From: Bacteroidales bacterium
Lineage (GTDB): Bacteria > Bacteroidota > Bacteroidia > Bacteroidales > UBA932
DNA length: 64,000 nt
Reading direction: 5' to 3'
NCBI GenBank assembly: GCA_028700155.1
Contig: JAQVTG010000005.1
Span: forward strand, 1,207-65,206
Under the pieces are notes generated by a model. The model saw only the letters and a list, made by a program, of their open reading frames with translations, searched no databases and was not told the DNA's origin. Positions 18,506 to 27,509 of this stretch are shown here, in pieces. Position numbers and translations under genes: made by a program. Numbering within the stretch: the stretch's first letter is position 1; each line of letters opens with the position of its first letter.

Positions 18506-20361
18506 TTTCTTTTCTTTAACTGCTCCTGCTGAGCTTTGTATGCAGCATCAAGCCTCTCCTGGAATTTAGACTTCTTCTTTGGAGCATTTGAGGCAGCTTT
18601 CTCTTTAAGCTGAGCATAGAGTTTTTTCTCATCCACAAAATATTTTCTTATCACCCAGGTTTGAAGAATAGTGAAGAGGTTGGAGAGCATATAGTAGTAG
18701 CTTAGTCCGCTGGAGAGGTTGTTACAGAATACCAGAAGAAATACAGGCATGAAATAGATGGTCATTAATTTCATCCCTGCCATTTGCGGCCCGGTAGACA
18801 TCTGATCGGCATTCAGCTTTGAATAGAAGAACATTGAGATAGCCATCAAGAGTGCAAAAAGGCTCACGTGATCGCCGTAGAGCGGTATTGTAAATGGCAG
18901 ATTCAAAACGGAATCATATGCACTCAGGTCTGTTGCCCACAAGAATCCCTGTTGACGCAGCTCAAAGGATGCAGGGAAGAATTTGAACATCGCAAAGAGA
19001 ATCGGAAACTGGAATAACATAGGCAGACAGCCACCGAACATGCTTATCCCCGTCTTCTGGTAGAGAGCCATGGTCTCCTGCTGTTTCTTCATTGCATCCT
19101 CCTGTTTGGGATACTTTGCGTTGATTTTGTCCACCTCCGGTTTGAGCACTCTCATCTTTGCAGAAGAGATATATGACTTGATGGTAAGAGGAGATATTAC
19201 AAGTTTGATCAGAATGGTAAGAAGAAGAATTATTATCCCGTAATTACCAATGAATTTGCTTAACAGATCAAACACAAGAATAATGACATACCTGTTTATC
19301 CAGCCTATCAGCCATCCTCCCAACGGCACTATCTTCTCAAATCCCAGGTCATAGGACTTAAGGGTCTTAAAGTGGTTGGGACCAAAGTAATATTTAAAAG
19401 GTACAACAACATCATCTCCGTCCGGATACTGAGCCTGTACAAGTGCCTTGCAGTGCATAAGGGATCTGTCCGGATCGTTTTCGGGAAAGATATTGTAATT
19501 CAGAAGCCCCGAGTTAAAATTGTTTTCTGCGACCAAAATGGCTGAGAAGAATTGTTGTTGGAAAGCAACCCAGCTGAGCTTGGTCCTTACATCCTTTTCT
19601 GAGGATTCCTTCCTGAGTCCCAGATTCTCCACTTCGTTTGAATTGGGATATCTGAACAGCACAGAGGAGTAATTTTTCTCGTTGTCATAACCCTTTTCAA
19701 GCCTTGGCAGATCCAGCATCCACTCTATGTCAAACATATTGGTGCTTCTGGACAGATGTCTCTTCATGGAAGAGAATCTGACTTTAAAATCCAGCATATA
19801 ACCCTCTGCAGGCAGTGTATAGCTGAATTCCACAAAGGAGACAGAATCAACGTAAAGCCTGTATATCAATGAAGTATCACTTCTTTGAAAGAGATCGAAA
19901 GAAAAATTCTTAGTCGATATCTCCTGACTCGTGAAAAACCTGAGGTCAAAACTGGATTTGTTTTCTCTTATAAGATTGAGATCCAGACTGTCATATGTGT
20001 AGTAGTTGTGGATTTTGACCGTGCGGGGTTGTGCTCCGCGGTTTGTAAATGTAATTGCAAGCCTGCCGTTGTCCAGAGTGACAAACTCTTCCGGTTTAAC
20101 CTCGGCAGCCTGAAGCATTGTGTCCCTGTAGGGAGAAGTGAGCTTCCCGCCTGAGAGATTTTGTGCGTCCGGATTTATTACGGCCGTACCGGCAGTGTCT
20201 GTCTCTTTTGGTTGTTGCTGCCCGGGTACTGTATCAGTGCTTAAAGTGTCTGTAATTTGACGGGGAGCCGCCTGTTCATTATACTTCTTTGAATTGTACC
20301 AGGCAAAAAGGATCAGTATGGCACCAATCAGTACAAAGCCTATCAGGGAATTTTTGTTCAT
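18502..20361 (-). CDS. yidC: Membrane protein insertase YidC (long Bacteroidota form with periplasmic P1 domain)
   Basis: An N-terminal TM and a large periplasmic domain are followed by the conserved C-terminal 5-TM core (KMRVLKPEVDKINAKY...GCLPMLFQFPILFAMF...). Confidence 0.92.
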   Translation of the reverse strand: MNKNSLIGFVLIGAILILFAWYNSKKYNEQAAPRQITDTLSTDTVPGQQQPKETDTAGTAVINPDAQNLSGGKLTSPYRDTMLQAAEVKPEEFVTLDNGRLAITFTNRGAQPRTVKIHNYYTYDSLDLNLIRENKSSFDLRFFTSQEISTKNFSFDLFQRSDTSLIYRLYVDSVSFVEFSYTLPAEGYMLDFKVRFSSMKRHLSRSTNMFDIEWMLDLPRLEKGYDNEKNYSSVLFRYPNSNEVENLGLRKESSEKDVRTKLSWVAFQQQFFSAILVAENNFNSGLLNYNIFPENDPDRSLMHCKALVQAQYPDGDDVVVPFKYYFGPNHFKTLKSYDLGFEKIVPLGGWLIGWINRYVIILVFDLLSKFIGNYGIIILLLTILIKLVISPLTIKSYISSAKMRVLKPEVDKINAKYPKQEDAMKKQQETMALYQKTGISMFGGCLPMLFQFPILFAMFKFFPASFELRQQGFLWATDLSAYDSVLNLPFTIPLYGDHVSLFALLMAISMFFYSKLNADQMSTGPQMAGMKLMTIYFMPVFLLVFCNNLSSGLSYYYMLSNLFTILQTWVIRKYFVDEKKLYAQLKEKAASNAPKKKSKFQERLDAAYKAQQEQLKKRK

Positions 20362-22226
20362 TATTGTGTTTGCTCGTTTTGACTGTCAATAAGCTTAATC
20401 TTCTCCTCCAACTGTGAGAGTTCCTCCTTTGCTTTTACAATTTTATTCTCAATATCTGCAAGCAGAGTGTCTGCATTCTTTGATTTTGCAAAGAAACCAA
20501 TATTGTTTTCCCAGACTGCAATATCAGCTTCCATCTGACGGAATCTCTGAACCAGTTTGTCTCTCTCAGCCCTTATAACTCTGTCACCCTTTCCTGAGGA
20601 TTGAATCTCCTGGATGCGTTTTTTGAAACGGTTAATTTTATTTTCATACTCGGGATTGCGTATCTCTCCGAATTTGGATTCCAATGCGTGTCTGTAGGCT
20701 GCCTGAACACGCTCTTTATCCTTGAGCGGAACAAAACCTATCTCTGCCCATCTCTCCTGAAAATCCTTGAGAGCCATGGAGTTTTCTATGGATTTGGTAT
20801 CCATTTTGTACTCGTTGATATCCTGAATCAGCTCAAGTTTTTTTGCCAGGTTCTGTTCGTAGTTTTCATCCACTGAGCTAAAGTGTTTTGATTTGTTATC
20901 GAAGAAATAGTCACAGGCAGCTCTGAATCTTTTCCATACAGTGTCCGAGTGCTTCCTGGCAACAGGCCCGATCTCTTTCCATCTTTTCTGAAGGGTTATC
21001 AGCTGATCTGTGGTTCTTTTCCAGTCCTGGCTATCTTTAAGTGCCTCAGCCTGTTCGCAGAGGGAGATTTTTTTCTCAAGGTTTTCCTGCATCACCTCCT
21101 TAAACTGGGTGTAATGATCCCTCTTGGCATTATAGAAGATATCGCAGGCTGCCCGGAAGCGGTCATAGATCCTCTGATTCTCCTTTTTAGTGGCAAATCC
21201 TATCTCCCTCCAGGCTGACTGAATGTTCTCCACCTCTCTGGTAAGAATGTTCCAGTCTGCCCTCTCCTCCTTTGCGGAGTTTACAAGGGTCTCTATCTTG
21301 TCACAAAGTTCACGTTTCTTCTCCAGATTCTCCTTCTGTTCCTCTTTCTGCCCCTCAAAGTGTTCCTGCTGTTTCCTGTTGATTTTTGAGGTTGCTTCCC
21401 TAAAGCGGTCCCATATCTCCTCCCTCATCTCCTTGCTCACCGGCCCTATCTCTCTCCACTCTTCATGGAGTTTCTGCAGTCTCTTGAATGCCTGGATAAT
21501 ATTCGGTTCCTCCAGAAGGACCTCAGCCTTTTCGCACAACTCAGTCTTCATCTCAAGGTTCTTCTTGAAATCCAAATCCCTGAGTTCGTTGTTAATTTTT
21601 ACATAATCATAGAACCTCTCAATCAGATACTGGTAAGTCTCCCACATATCCTTATTCCTTGCCTGAGGCACAGGGCCGACAGACTTCCATCTGTTCTGAA
21701 GCTCCCTGAAAGCAGGGAATGTCTGCTGTATATCCTCCTGCTTTTCCAGCAGTTCTTTTAATTCCTCGATTATCTGTAATTTACTGTTAAGGTTCTCCTC
21801 CTTCTGCTTCTCCAGGTTCTGCAGAAATTCTGTCCGCAGGGTCTTATAATTCTGATACAACTCTTTAAAACCCCTTTCCAGCTCTGCGAACGGATTTACC
21901 GATACTGATCCCGCCTCCTCTGTATCTGTCACCTCTTCACTTATGCTGTCAGCCACCTCCTGAGAAACGATAAAGCCTGCGGCAATCTTCTCTCTCTTAA
22001 GAGCTTTGTAGAATGAGGCTTTGAGAACATCGGCATATTTGTACATCTCCTGCTGGTCTCCCCGGTCGAGCAACTCCTGGAAGAGTTGTACGATCTCCTT
22101 GAGGCTTTTTGAAGAGTGATCCGTGTGTTCGGCTAAATTTGCATTTGCATTATCAGTTTCAGATTCAGGTAATTCAGTTTCCCTGAGCTGCTCCCCGGGA
22201 GCAGGGGTATTTAATAGTTCATCCAT
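20361..22226 (-). CDS. DUF349 repeat protein (highly charged, helical)
   Basis: At least five internal repeats of the DUF349 signature: LQNRWKSVGPVP.., LHEEWREIGPVS.., IQSAWREIGFAT.., LQKRWKEIGPVA.., FQERWAEIGFVP.. Its stop overlaps the yidC start (TAATG). Confidence 0.75.
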   Translation of the reverse strand: MDELLNTPAPGEQLRETELPESETDNANANLAEHTDHSSKSLKEIVQLFQELLDRGDQQEMYKYADVLKASFYKALKREKIAAGFIVSQEVADSISEEVTDTEEAGSVSVNPFAELERGFKELYQNYKTLRTEFLQNLEKQKEENLNSKLQIIEELKELLEKQEDIQQTFPAFRELQNRWKSVGPVPQARNKDMWETYQYLIERFYDYVKINNELRDLDFKKNLEMKTELCEKAEVLLEEPNIIQAFKRLQKLHEEWREIGPVSKEMREEIWDRFREATSKINRKQQEHFEGQKEEQKENLEKKRELCDKIETLVNSAKEERADWNILTREVENIQSAWREIGFATKKENQRIYDRFRAACDIFYNAKRDHYTQFKEVMQENLEKKISLCEQAEALKDSQDWKRTTDQLITLQKRWKEIGPVARKHSDTVWKRFRAACDYFFDNKSKHFSSVDENYEQNLAKKLELIQDINEYKMDTKSIENSMALKDFQERWAEIGFVPLKDKERVQAAYRHALESKFGEIRNPEYENKINRFKKRIQEIQSSGKGDRVIRAERDKLVQRFRQMEADIAVWENNIGFFAKSKNADTLLADIENKIVKAKEELSQLEEKIKLIDSQNEQTQ

Positions 22227-22309
22227 CGTTAAGAAGACAAAATAAGGTTAATATCCTGCAAATATATAAAAAAAGTTTGCCAAAGCTCAGCTTTATTTAA
22301 TTTTGCATT

Positions 22310-23002
22310 ATGATCAGGATTGATATAATATCATTATTGCCGGAGCTGCTTGAAAGTCCGCTTGGCCACTCAATAGTAAAAAGAGCTGCAGACAAAGGAA
22401 TTGCACAAATTAACATCCACGATCTCAGGGATTATGGGAAGGGCTCGTATCGTCAGGTGGATGATTATCCATTTGGCGGTGATGCGGGTATGGTACTGAT
22501 GATTGAACCTGTTTACAATCTGATCTCAGATCTTAAAAAAAGAGTCTCCTATGATGAGATTATCTATATGAGTCCTGATGGAGAGCTGCTTAACCAGAAC
22601 CTTGCCAACAGACTCTCCTGCCTCAAAAATCTGATTATTTTATGCGGTCACTACAAGGGGATTGATCACCGCATAAGGGAACACTTGATAACCATGGAGA
22701 TATCTATAGGTGACTATGTTCTGAGCGGGGGAGAGATCCCTGCCGCAGTTCTTTGTGATGCAGTGATACGTCTCATTCCGGGAGCGGTCTCAGATGAGAC
22801 ATCTGCACTCAGTGACTCATTTCAGGATAACCTTCTTGCCCCGCCTGTTTATACCCGTCCTGCAAAATTCATGGAATGGGAGGTGCCTGAAGTTCTGCTC
22901 TCCGGCAATCCAAAACTGATAAAGGAGTGGCAGGATGAGATGGCACTTGAAAGGACAGAGAGGCTAAGGCCCCGGCTCCTCAAACAAAAAAGTGACTCAT
23001 AA
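22310..23002 (+). CDS. trmD: tRNA (guanine37-N1)-methyltransferase
   Basis: [26 protein letters not shown]...[15 protein letters not shown]...[11 protein letters not shown]...[11 protein letters not shown] are TrmD SPOUT-knot motifs. Confidence 0.92.
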   Translation: MIRIDIISLLPELLESPLGHSIVKRAADKGIAQINIHDLRDYGKGSYRQVDDYPFGGDAGMVLMIEPVYNLISDLKKRVSYDEIIYMSPDGELLNQNLANRLSCLKNLIILCGHYKGIDHRIREHLITMEISIGDYVLSGGEIPAAVLCDAVIRLIPGAVSDETSALSDSFQDNLLAPPVYTRPAKFMEWEVPEVLLSGNPKLIKEWQDEMALERTERLRPRLLKQKSDS

Positions 23003-23026
23003 CCACACCCATATTCTCAGTCCGGC

Positions 23027-24592
23027 TCAGAATCCGAAATCATCAACTTTTACCTTTTCCTGCTCCTCTTTAAGAGGTGCTTCCGCTGTCAGATGTACCT
23101 GATTGGCTTCTACAATCATTGCCTTTACAGGTCTGGCAGGGCATATATATTCACAGGCACCGCAACCAATGCAGATATCCCTGTCGAGTTTTGGAATATA
23201 GAGATTTGTCCCTTTGTAGGGAATCATGGTTATAGCTTTTGTGGGGCAGTGTTCATCGCAGGCACCGCAATCGGTTTTATCGGTAAAGACAATACAGTTG
23301 CGCAAAGAGAATTTTGCCCTTCCTATCTGACAGAGTTTTTTCTCCTCCGGTGACATTGGAATAAGTGCATGGTTGGGGCATATCTGAGTGCAGGCGTTGC
23401 AGTCATATCCGCAGAAATGGTTCCTGTAGTCGAGGTGAGGCAGGAATAAACCATCCAGACCGTATTCACCAACTGCAGGTTTTATTATCCGGTTGGGGCA
23501 TACTGAGATGCAGGCATGGCATGCAGTGCAGTTATCTTTAAGATGTTGAATACTTTGGGCTCCGGGAGGTGCAATTGAATGTTTTTTCTCTACCTCTTTC
23601 TCCTTCTCTGACTTAAAGGGTCTGAATTCTGCTGCCCTTGCAACAAGGGCAGTTCCGGCAAGGCCCATCGTGAGCAGGGCTCTCCTTCTGTCATCAGAAA
23701 AGTTATCCATCCCGGATGGTACTCTTCCGGCACTCTCCATGCCGGATTTTTTTTCTTTTCTTCTGTAAGCAAAACGGTATGTGACACTACCTCTTTTGCA
23801 CATGGTCATACAGTTGAGGCAGGAGACACATCTTGAAACGTCTATCTTTCTGTTTTTTAAATCTATACAGTTGCTTTTACATACGGTGGAACAGGCTGCA
23901 CACATATTGCATTCACTGCCCATTTCCGGCCTGAAGAGTGAGAAGCGGGATATTGCACCCAGAAGAGTGCCTGCAGGACATACAGTATTGCAATAAAGCC
24001 TTCTTCTGAAAGCGCTCATAATTGTTACAAGAATCAGTATAAAAGCAGAGAAAATAAAAATTTCAATTATAAACGGGGCATATCCGCGATAGAAGACTGA
24101 CTCCGGGAAAATTCCCGCAAAAAGGTTATGAATTAAATTTTCCCCCAGGGATATTATTTCACTGGAAATTCTCCCCCAGTTGGAGTAGGGATCGGTGAGA
24201 GCCAGAGGGAGGGTCACACCGGCTGCAAGAGGAAGAAATGCCACCAGAGCGAAAAAGTAGCGGAGAAAATTCTGTGGTTTTCTGTATTTCTCCCTCCTCT
24301 GTTTTTTGCTTTTAAACAGATCGGCAATCCTTGAGACAATATCCTGGTAAACTCCCAAAGGACAAAGGAGAGAGCAGTATACCCTGCCAAAAAAAATTGT
24401 AATAACCAGCAAAAAAGCAAAGAATACTGCAGTGCCTGTAAACAGGCCAAGCAATGCAGGTACAAACTGTAAGTGAAGGACAGGTGAGAGTAACGAAGCT
24501 TTACTGTTGGCAAACCAGACAAAGTTGAGGGTTATAAGCAGAAAAAACAGAAGGGCAAGTATCACCCTTATCCACTTGAGCTTTTTATACAT
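23027..24592 (-). CDS. Membrane polyferredoxin: NapH/NosR-like 4-TM module fused to a NapG-like 4x[4Fe-4S] module through an internal twin-arginine/hydrophobic segment
   Basis: Four N-terminal hydrophobic helices, CxxxCP motifs (CSLLCP, CNTVCP) and clusters CNMCAACSTVC and CVSCLNCMTMC. An internal DDRRRALLTMGLAGTALVARA sits at residues ~301-320. The C-terminal part has CTACHACISVCP, CGYDCNACTQICP, CGACDEHCP and CIGCGACEYICP. Confidence 0.75.
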   Translation of the reverse strand: MYKKLKWIRVILALLFFLLITLNFVWFANSKASLLSPVLHLQFVPALLGLFTGTAVFFAFLLVITIFFGRVYCSLLCPLGVYQDIVSRIADLFKSKKQRREKYRKPQNFLRYFFALVAFLPLAAGVTLPLALTDPYSNWGRISSEIISLGENLIHNLFAGIFPESVFYRGYAPFIIEIFIFSAFILILVTIMSAFRRRLYCNTVCPAGTLLGAISRFSLFRPEMGSECNMCAACSTVCKSNCIDLKNRKIDVSRCVSCLNCMTMCKRGSVTYRFAYRRKEKKSGMESAGRVPSGMDNFSDDRRRALLTMGLAGTALVARAAEFRPFKSEKEKEVEKKHSIAPPGAQSIQHLKDNCTACHACISVCPNRIIKPAVGEYGLDGLFLPHLDYRNHFCGYDCNACTQICPNHALIPMSPEEKKLCQIGRAKFSLRNCIVFTDKTDCGACDEHCPTKAITMIPYKGTNLYIPKLDRDICIGCGACEYICPARPVKAMIVEANQVHLTAEAPLKEEQEKVKVDDFGF

Positions 24593-24594
24593 GT

Positions 24595-25536
24595 TCAGAT
24601 TTTTATTCTTTTAACAGAGAGTGAGTCCAGATCAGTGGTCCCAATATTCATCTTTTCGGCTATGCCGATATGACTTACCGAGTTGATATCCATTGGTCTG
24701 AATTGGCTGAAGAATTTAACGGCAGCAGTATCTGCGGCCACAATGTCAGTGGAGATAAAGAGGGCTTTTGCCAGCTGAACATCGTCGGGACTCTTTCCCT
24801 TGGGGCCGTTTTGGGTCATTATCCTGTAGGCGTCCACAATGTTCAGAACAGGCATTTTGGAGATAGTGGAACAATCTGCAATGCACTGCTGGAGATCATT
24901 TGCATGCAAGAATCTTCTATCCCATACGATACCCATAAAATTTTTCATGGATATGGTCATTCTGGCCCCTCCGTGTGTCTTAAGAACAGGGACATTTATC
25001 CATGCATCACAATCCAGTATCTCGGAGTGTATTTTTGCCTCCTTTAGCCTTTTGCCTTTTGGTATCTTTACACTTTTGTAATACTTTTCATCATGAGCGA
25101 ATGCAATTCTTGCACCTGCAGCTTTTGCCGCATCCTCTATACCACTGTTTTTGTAGCAGGACTGCCAGTGATCGCAGCTGTGGTCAAAGACAACTACCTC
25201 AGCCGCACCTGCTCTTAAACAATCCTTTACAATTGCTGCAACAAGTTCCGGATTGGTATTGGCTCCCTCCTCAGGTGATTTATCCCATCCGATATTAGGT
25301 TTTACAACAATTTTCTGCCCTCTTTTCACAAACCGGGATATTCCTCCCATTGCCTCTATGGCTTTAGCATACATCTGTGCAGGTTCTCCTCCCATAACTG
25401 CCACGAGATCATTGTTACCGCCGGAAGCAACCGCCGCAGGCTCCTTTGAGAACAGTGTACTGCTTTTAAAAGAGGCAATAGAAGCCACTCCTCCGTATAT
25501 CAGACCTTTTAAAAAATTCCTTCTTTCCATAAACAT
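24595..25536 (-). CDS. DUF362-domain protein with a twin-arginine (Tat) signal peptide
   Basis: N-terminus MFMERRNFLKGLIYGGVASIASF has RRxFLK followed by an h-region. The body (KIVVKPNIGW...VPVLKTHGGARMT..MKN..G) matches my recollection of DUF362. It is separated from the polyferredoxin gene by a 2-nt gap. Confidence 0.7.
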   Translation of the reverse strand: MFMERRNFLKGLIYGGVASIASFKSSTLFSKEPAAVASGGNNDLVAVMGGEPAQMYAKAIEAMGGISRFVKRGQKIVVKPNIGWDKSPEEGANTNPELVAAIVKDCLRAGAAEVVVFDHSCDHWQSCYKNSGIEDAAKAAGARIAFAHDEKYYKSVKIPKGKRLKEAKIHSEILDCDAWINVPVLKTHGGARMTISMKNFMGIVWDRRFLHANDLQQCIADCSTISKMPVLNIVDAYRIMTQNGPKGKSPDDVQLAKALFISTDIVAADTAAVKFFSQFRPMDINSVSHIGIAEKMNIGTTDLDSLSVKRIKI

Positions 25537-25595
25537 TTTTAATTACTACAAATATATCCAAAAAAGAAAAAATAGATATATCTTTATACAAATTT

Positions 25596-25814
25596 ATGAA
25601 AGGATCTGTTATTAAGAGAATCTGGCTTTTTTACTACGAGGGGTTCCGGAGCATGACTCTTGGCAAGACTCTCTGGGTGATAATTCTTATTAAACTTTTC
25701 ATAATGTTCTTTGTCCTCAAACTTTTCTTTTTCAAGGACCCTCTCAGGGATTTTAAAACAGAGGAGGAGAAGAGCAGACATATAATCAATGAACTTACAA
25801 TCAAACAGAAGTGA
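25596..25814 (+). CDS. DUF4492 small membrane protein (conserved leader gene of Bacteroidota cydAB operons)
   Basis: 72 aa with one TM (TLWVIILIKLFIMFFVLKLFFF), positioned directly upstream of cydA. Confidence 0.7.
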   Translation: MKGSVIKRIWLFYYEGFRSMTLGKTLWVIILIKLFIMFFVLKLFFFKDPLRDFKTEEEKSRHIINELTIKQK

Positions 25815-25858
25815 TAATATTATTATTGTACTATATACCACCGGTATATTATGCCGGA

Positions 25859-25873
25859 CTAAACTAAACTAAA
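25859..25873 (+). repeat. Tandem pentamer (CTAAA)x3 in the cydA 5' region; a fourth CTAAA lies at 25884-25888
   Basis: Read directly from the sequence: ctaaactaaactaaac, followed after 10 nt by cctaaacta. It lies 28-42 nt upstream of the cydA ATG. Confidence 0.9.
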
Positions 25874-25900
25874 CCGTAATAACCTAAACTATAGCCAAAT

Positions 25901-27475
25901 ATGATATTAGCATCATTTGTCGATCTCTCCAGATTGCAATTTGCCCTTACTGCAATGTTTCATTGGATATTTGTTCCGCTGACAATAGGGCTGGGTGTGA
26001 TTATCGCAATCATGGAGACTTATTATTTAAGAACCGGTAATCCTTTCTGGAAACGAACCACAAAATACTGGATGAAAATCTTTGCAATTAATTTTGCAAT
26101 AGGAGTGGCAACGGGTATTATTCTGGAGTTCCAGTTCGGCACAAACTGGAGTAACTATGCCTGGTTTGTCGGAGACATCTTTGGTGCGCCGCTTGCAATA
26201 GAGGGGATTCTCGCGTTTTTCCTTGAGAGTACCTTCTTTGCAATTATGTTCTTTGGTTGGGACAAGGTGAACAAAAACATGCACCTTTTATCCACATGGC
26301 TTGTCTCGGCAGGCACAATACTATCTGCTTTCTGGATTTTGATTGCGAATGCATGGATGCAGTTTCCCACAGGAATGGAGTTTAATCCTGACACCGCCAG
26401 AAATGAGATGGTAGATTTCTGGGCGATAGTCACCTCTCCGGTGGCAATAAATAAATTTATCCATACTGTTACCAACGCGTTTGTGCTTGGATCAATTGTG
26501 GTTATAGGAATTTCCTGCTGGTATCTCCTTCATAAAAGAGAGGAGGAGTTCTCCAGAAGAAGTATTAAGATAGCATCGGTATTTGGACTGGTATCCCTGG
26601 TTGTTCTTATCTGGACAGGGGATGGCTCTGCCTATCATGCCGGTAAAAAACAGCCCATGAAGCTTGCGGCGATGGAGGGATTGTATAAAAGCCGGGAGGG
26701 CACTCCGCTTGTAGCTATCGGAATCCTTAATCCCAGGAAAGATATCAGGAAGATTAAGGAGGACTCCCTGACATACAAACTGGAGAAGCCCTATCTTTTT
26801 AACATTTCTGTTCCGGAAGGGCTCTCCCTTCTGGCAAACAGAAAAACGGGAACATTTGTTCCCGGGATAGAAGACATTTTAAAGGGAGGATACACCTACA
26901 CTAACAGAAACGGAGAAGAGAAAACCGCCCCTCCTGTGGAAGAGAGGATGAGACTGGGAAGAATGGCAGCAGGAGCTCTGTCTGATTACAACAAGGCAAG
27001 GATCGCCGGTGACACGCTCAGGATGAAAAATGCCAGAGCTGTTCTGGAAGAGAATTACGACCATTTTGGTTATGCATATATAAACGATCCTGTCGAGGTT
27101 GTACCAAATGTACAACTGGTGTTCTATGCCTTTAGGGTAATGGTGATACTGGGAGGGTTCTTTCTTTTATTCTTTGGCCTTACAATATATCTTGAGAAAA
27201 AGGGGACCATCGGCAGGACAAAATGGTATCAGTATCTTGGAATCGCTTGTATACCATTGGTTTATATATGTTCCCAGGCCGGCTGGATAGTTGCTGAGGT
27301 GGGCAGACAGCCCTGGACAATCCAGGACCTGTTACCTGTAAGTGCTTCCGCATCCGGCGTATCATCCTCCGCTGTTCTTACCACAATAATTCTCTTCTTT
27401 GCCCTTTTCACTGCACTGCTTGCTGCTGAGACAGGGATTATGATAAAGGTTATCAGAAAAGGTCCTGAGGCCTGA
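25901..27475 (+). CDS. cydA: Cytochrome bd ubiquinol/menaquinol oxidase subunit I
   Basis: N-terminal SRLQFALTAMFHWIFVPLTIGL, a Q-loop region and GWIVAEVGRQPWTIQDLL, a highly conserved CydA motif. The protein is 524 aa. Confidence 0.95.
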   Translation: MILASFVDLSRLQFALTAMFHWIFVPLTIGLGVIIAIMETYYLRTGNPFWKRTTKYWMKIFAINFAIGVATGIILEFQFGTNWSNYAWFVGDIFGAPLAIEGILAFFLESTFFAIMFFGWDKVNKNMHLLSTWLVSAGTILSAFWILIANAWMQFPTGMEFNPDTARNEMVDFWAIVTSPVAINKFIHTVTNAFVLGSIVVIGISCWYLLHKREEEFSRRSIKIASVFGLVSLVVLIWTGDGSAYHAGKKQPMKLAAMEGLYKSREGTPLVAIGILNPRKDIRKIKEDSLTYKLEKPYLFNISVPEGLSLLANRKTGTFVPGIEDILKGGYTYTNRNGEEKTAPPVEERMRLGRMAAGALSDYNKARIAGDTLRMKNARAVLEENYDHFGYAYINDPVEVVPNVQLVFYAFRVMVILGGFFLLFFGLTIYLEKKGTIGRTKWYQYLGIACIPLVYICSQAGWIVAEVGRQPWTIQDLLPVSASASGVSSSAVLTTIILFFALFTALLAAETGIMIKVIRKGPEA

Positions 27476-27509
27476 AATAGCTTTGTTAAACTGAATAATA
27501 ATTAGAGAT

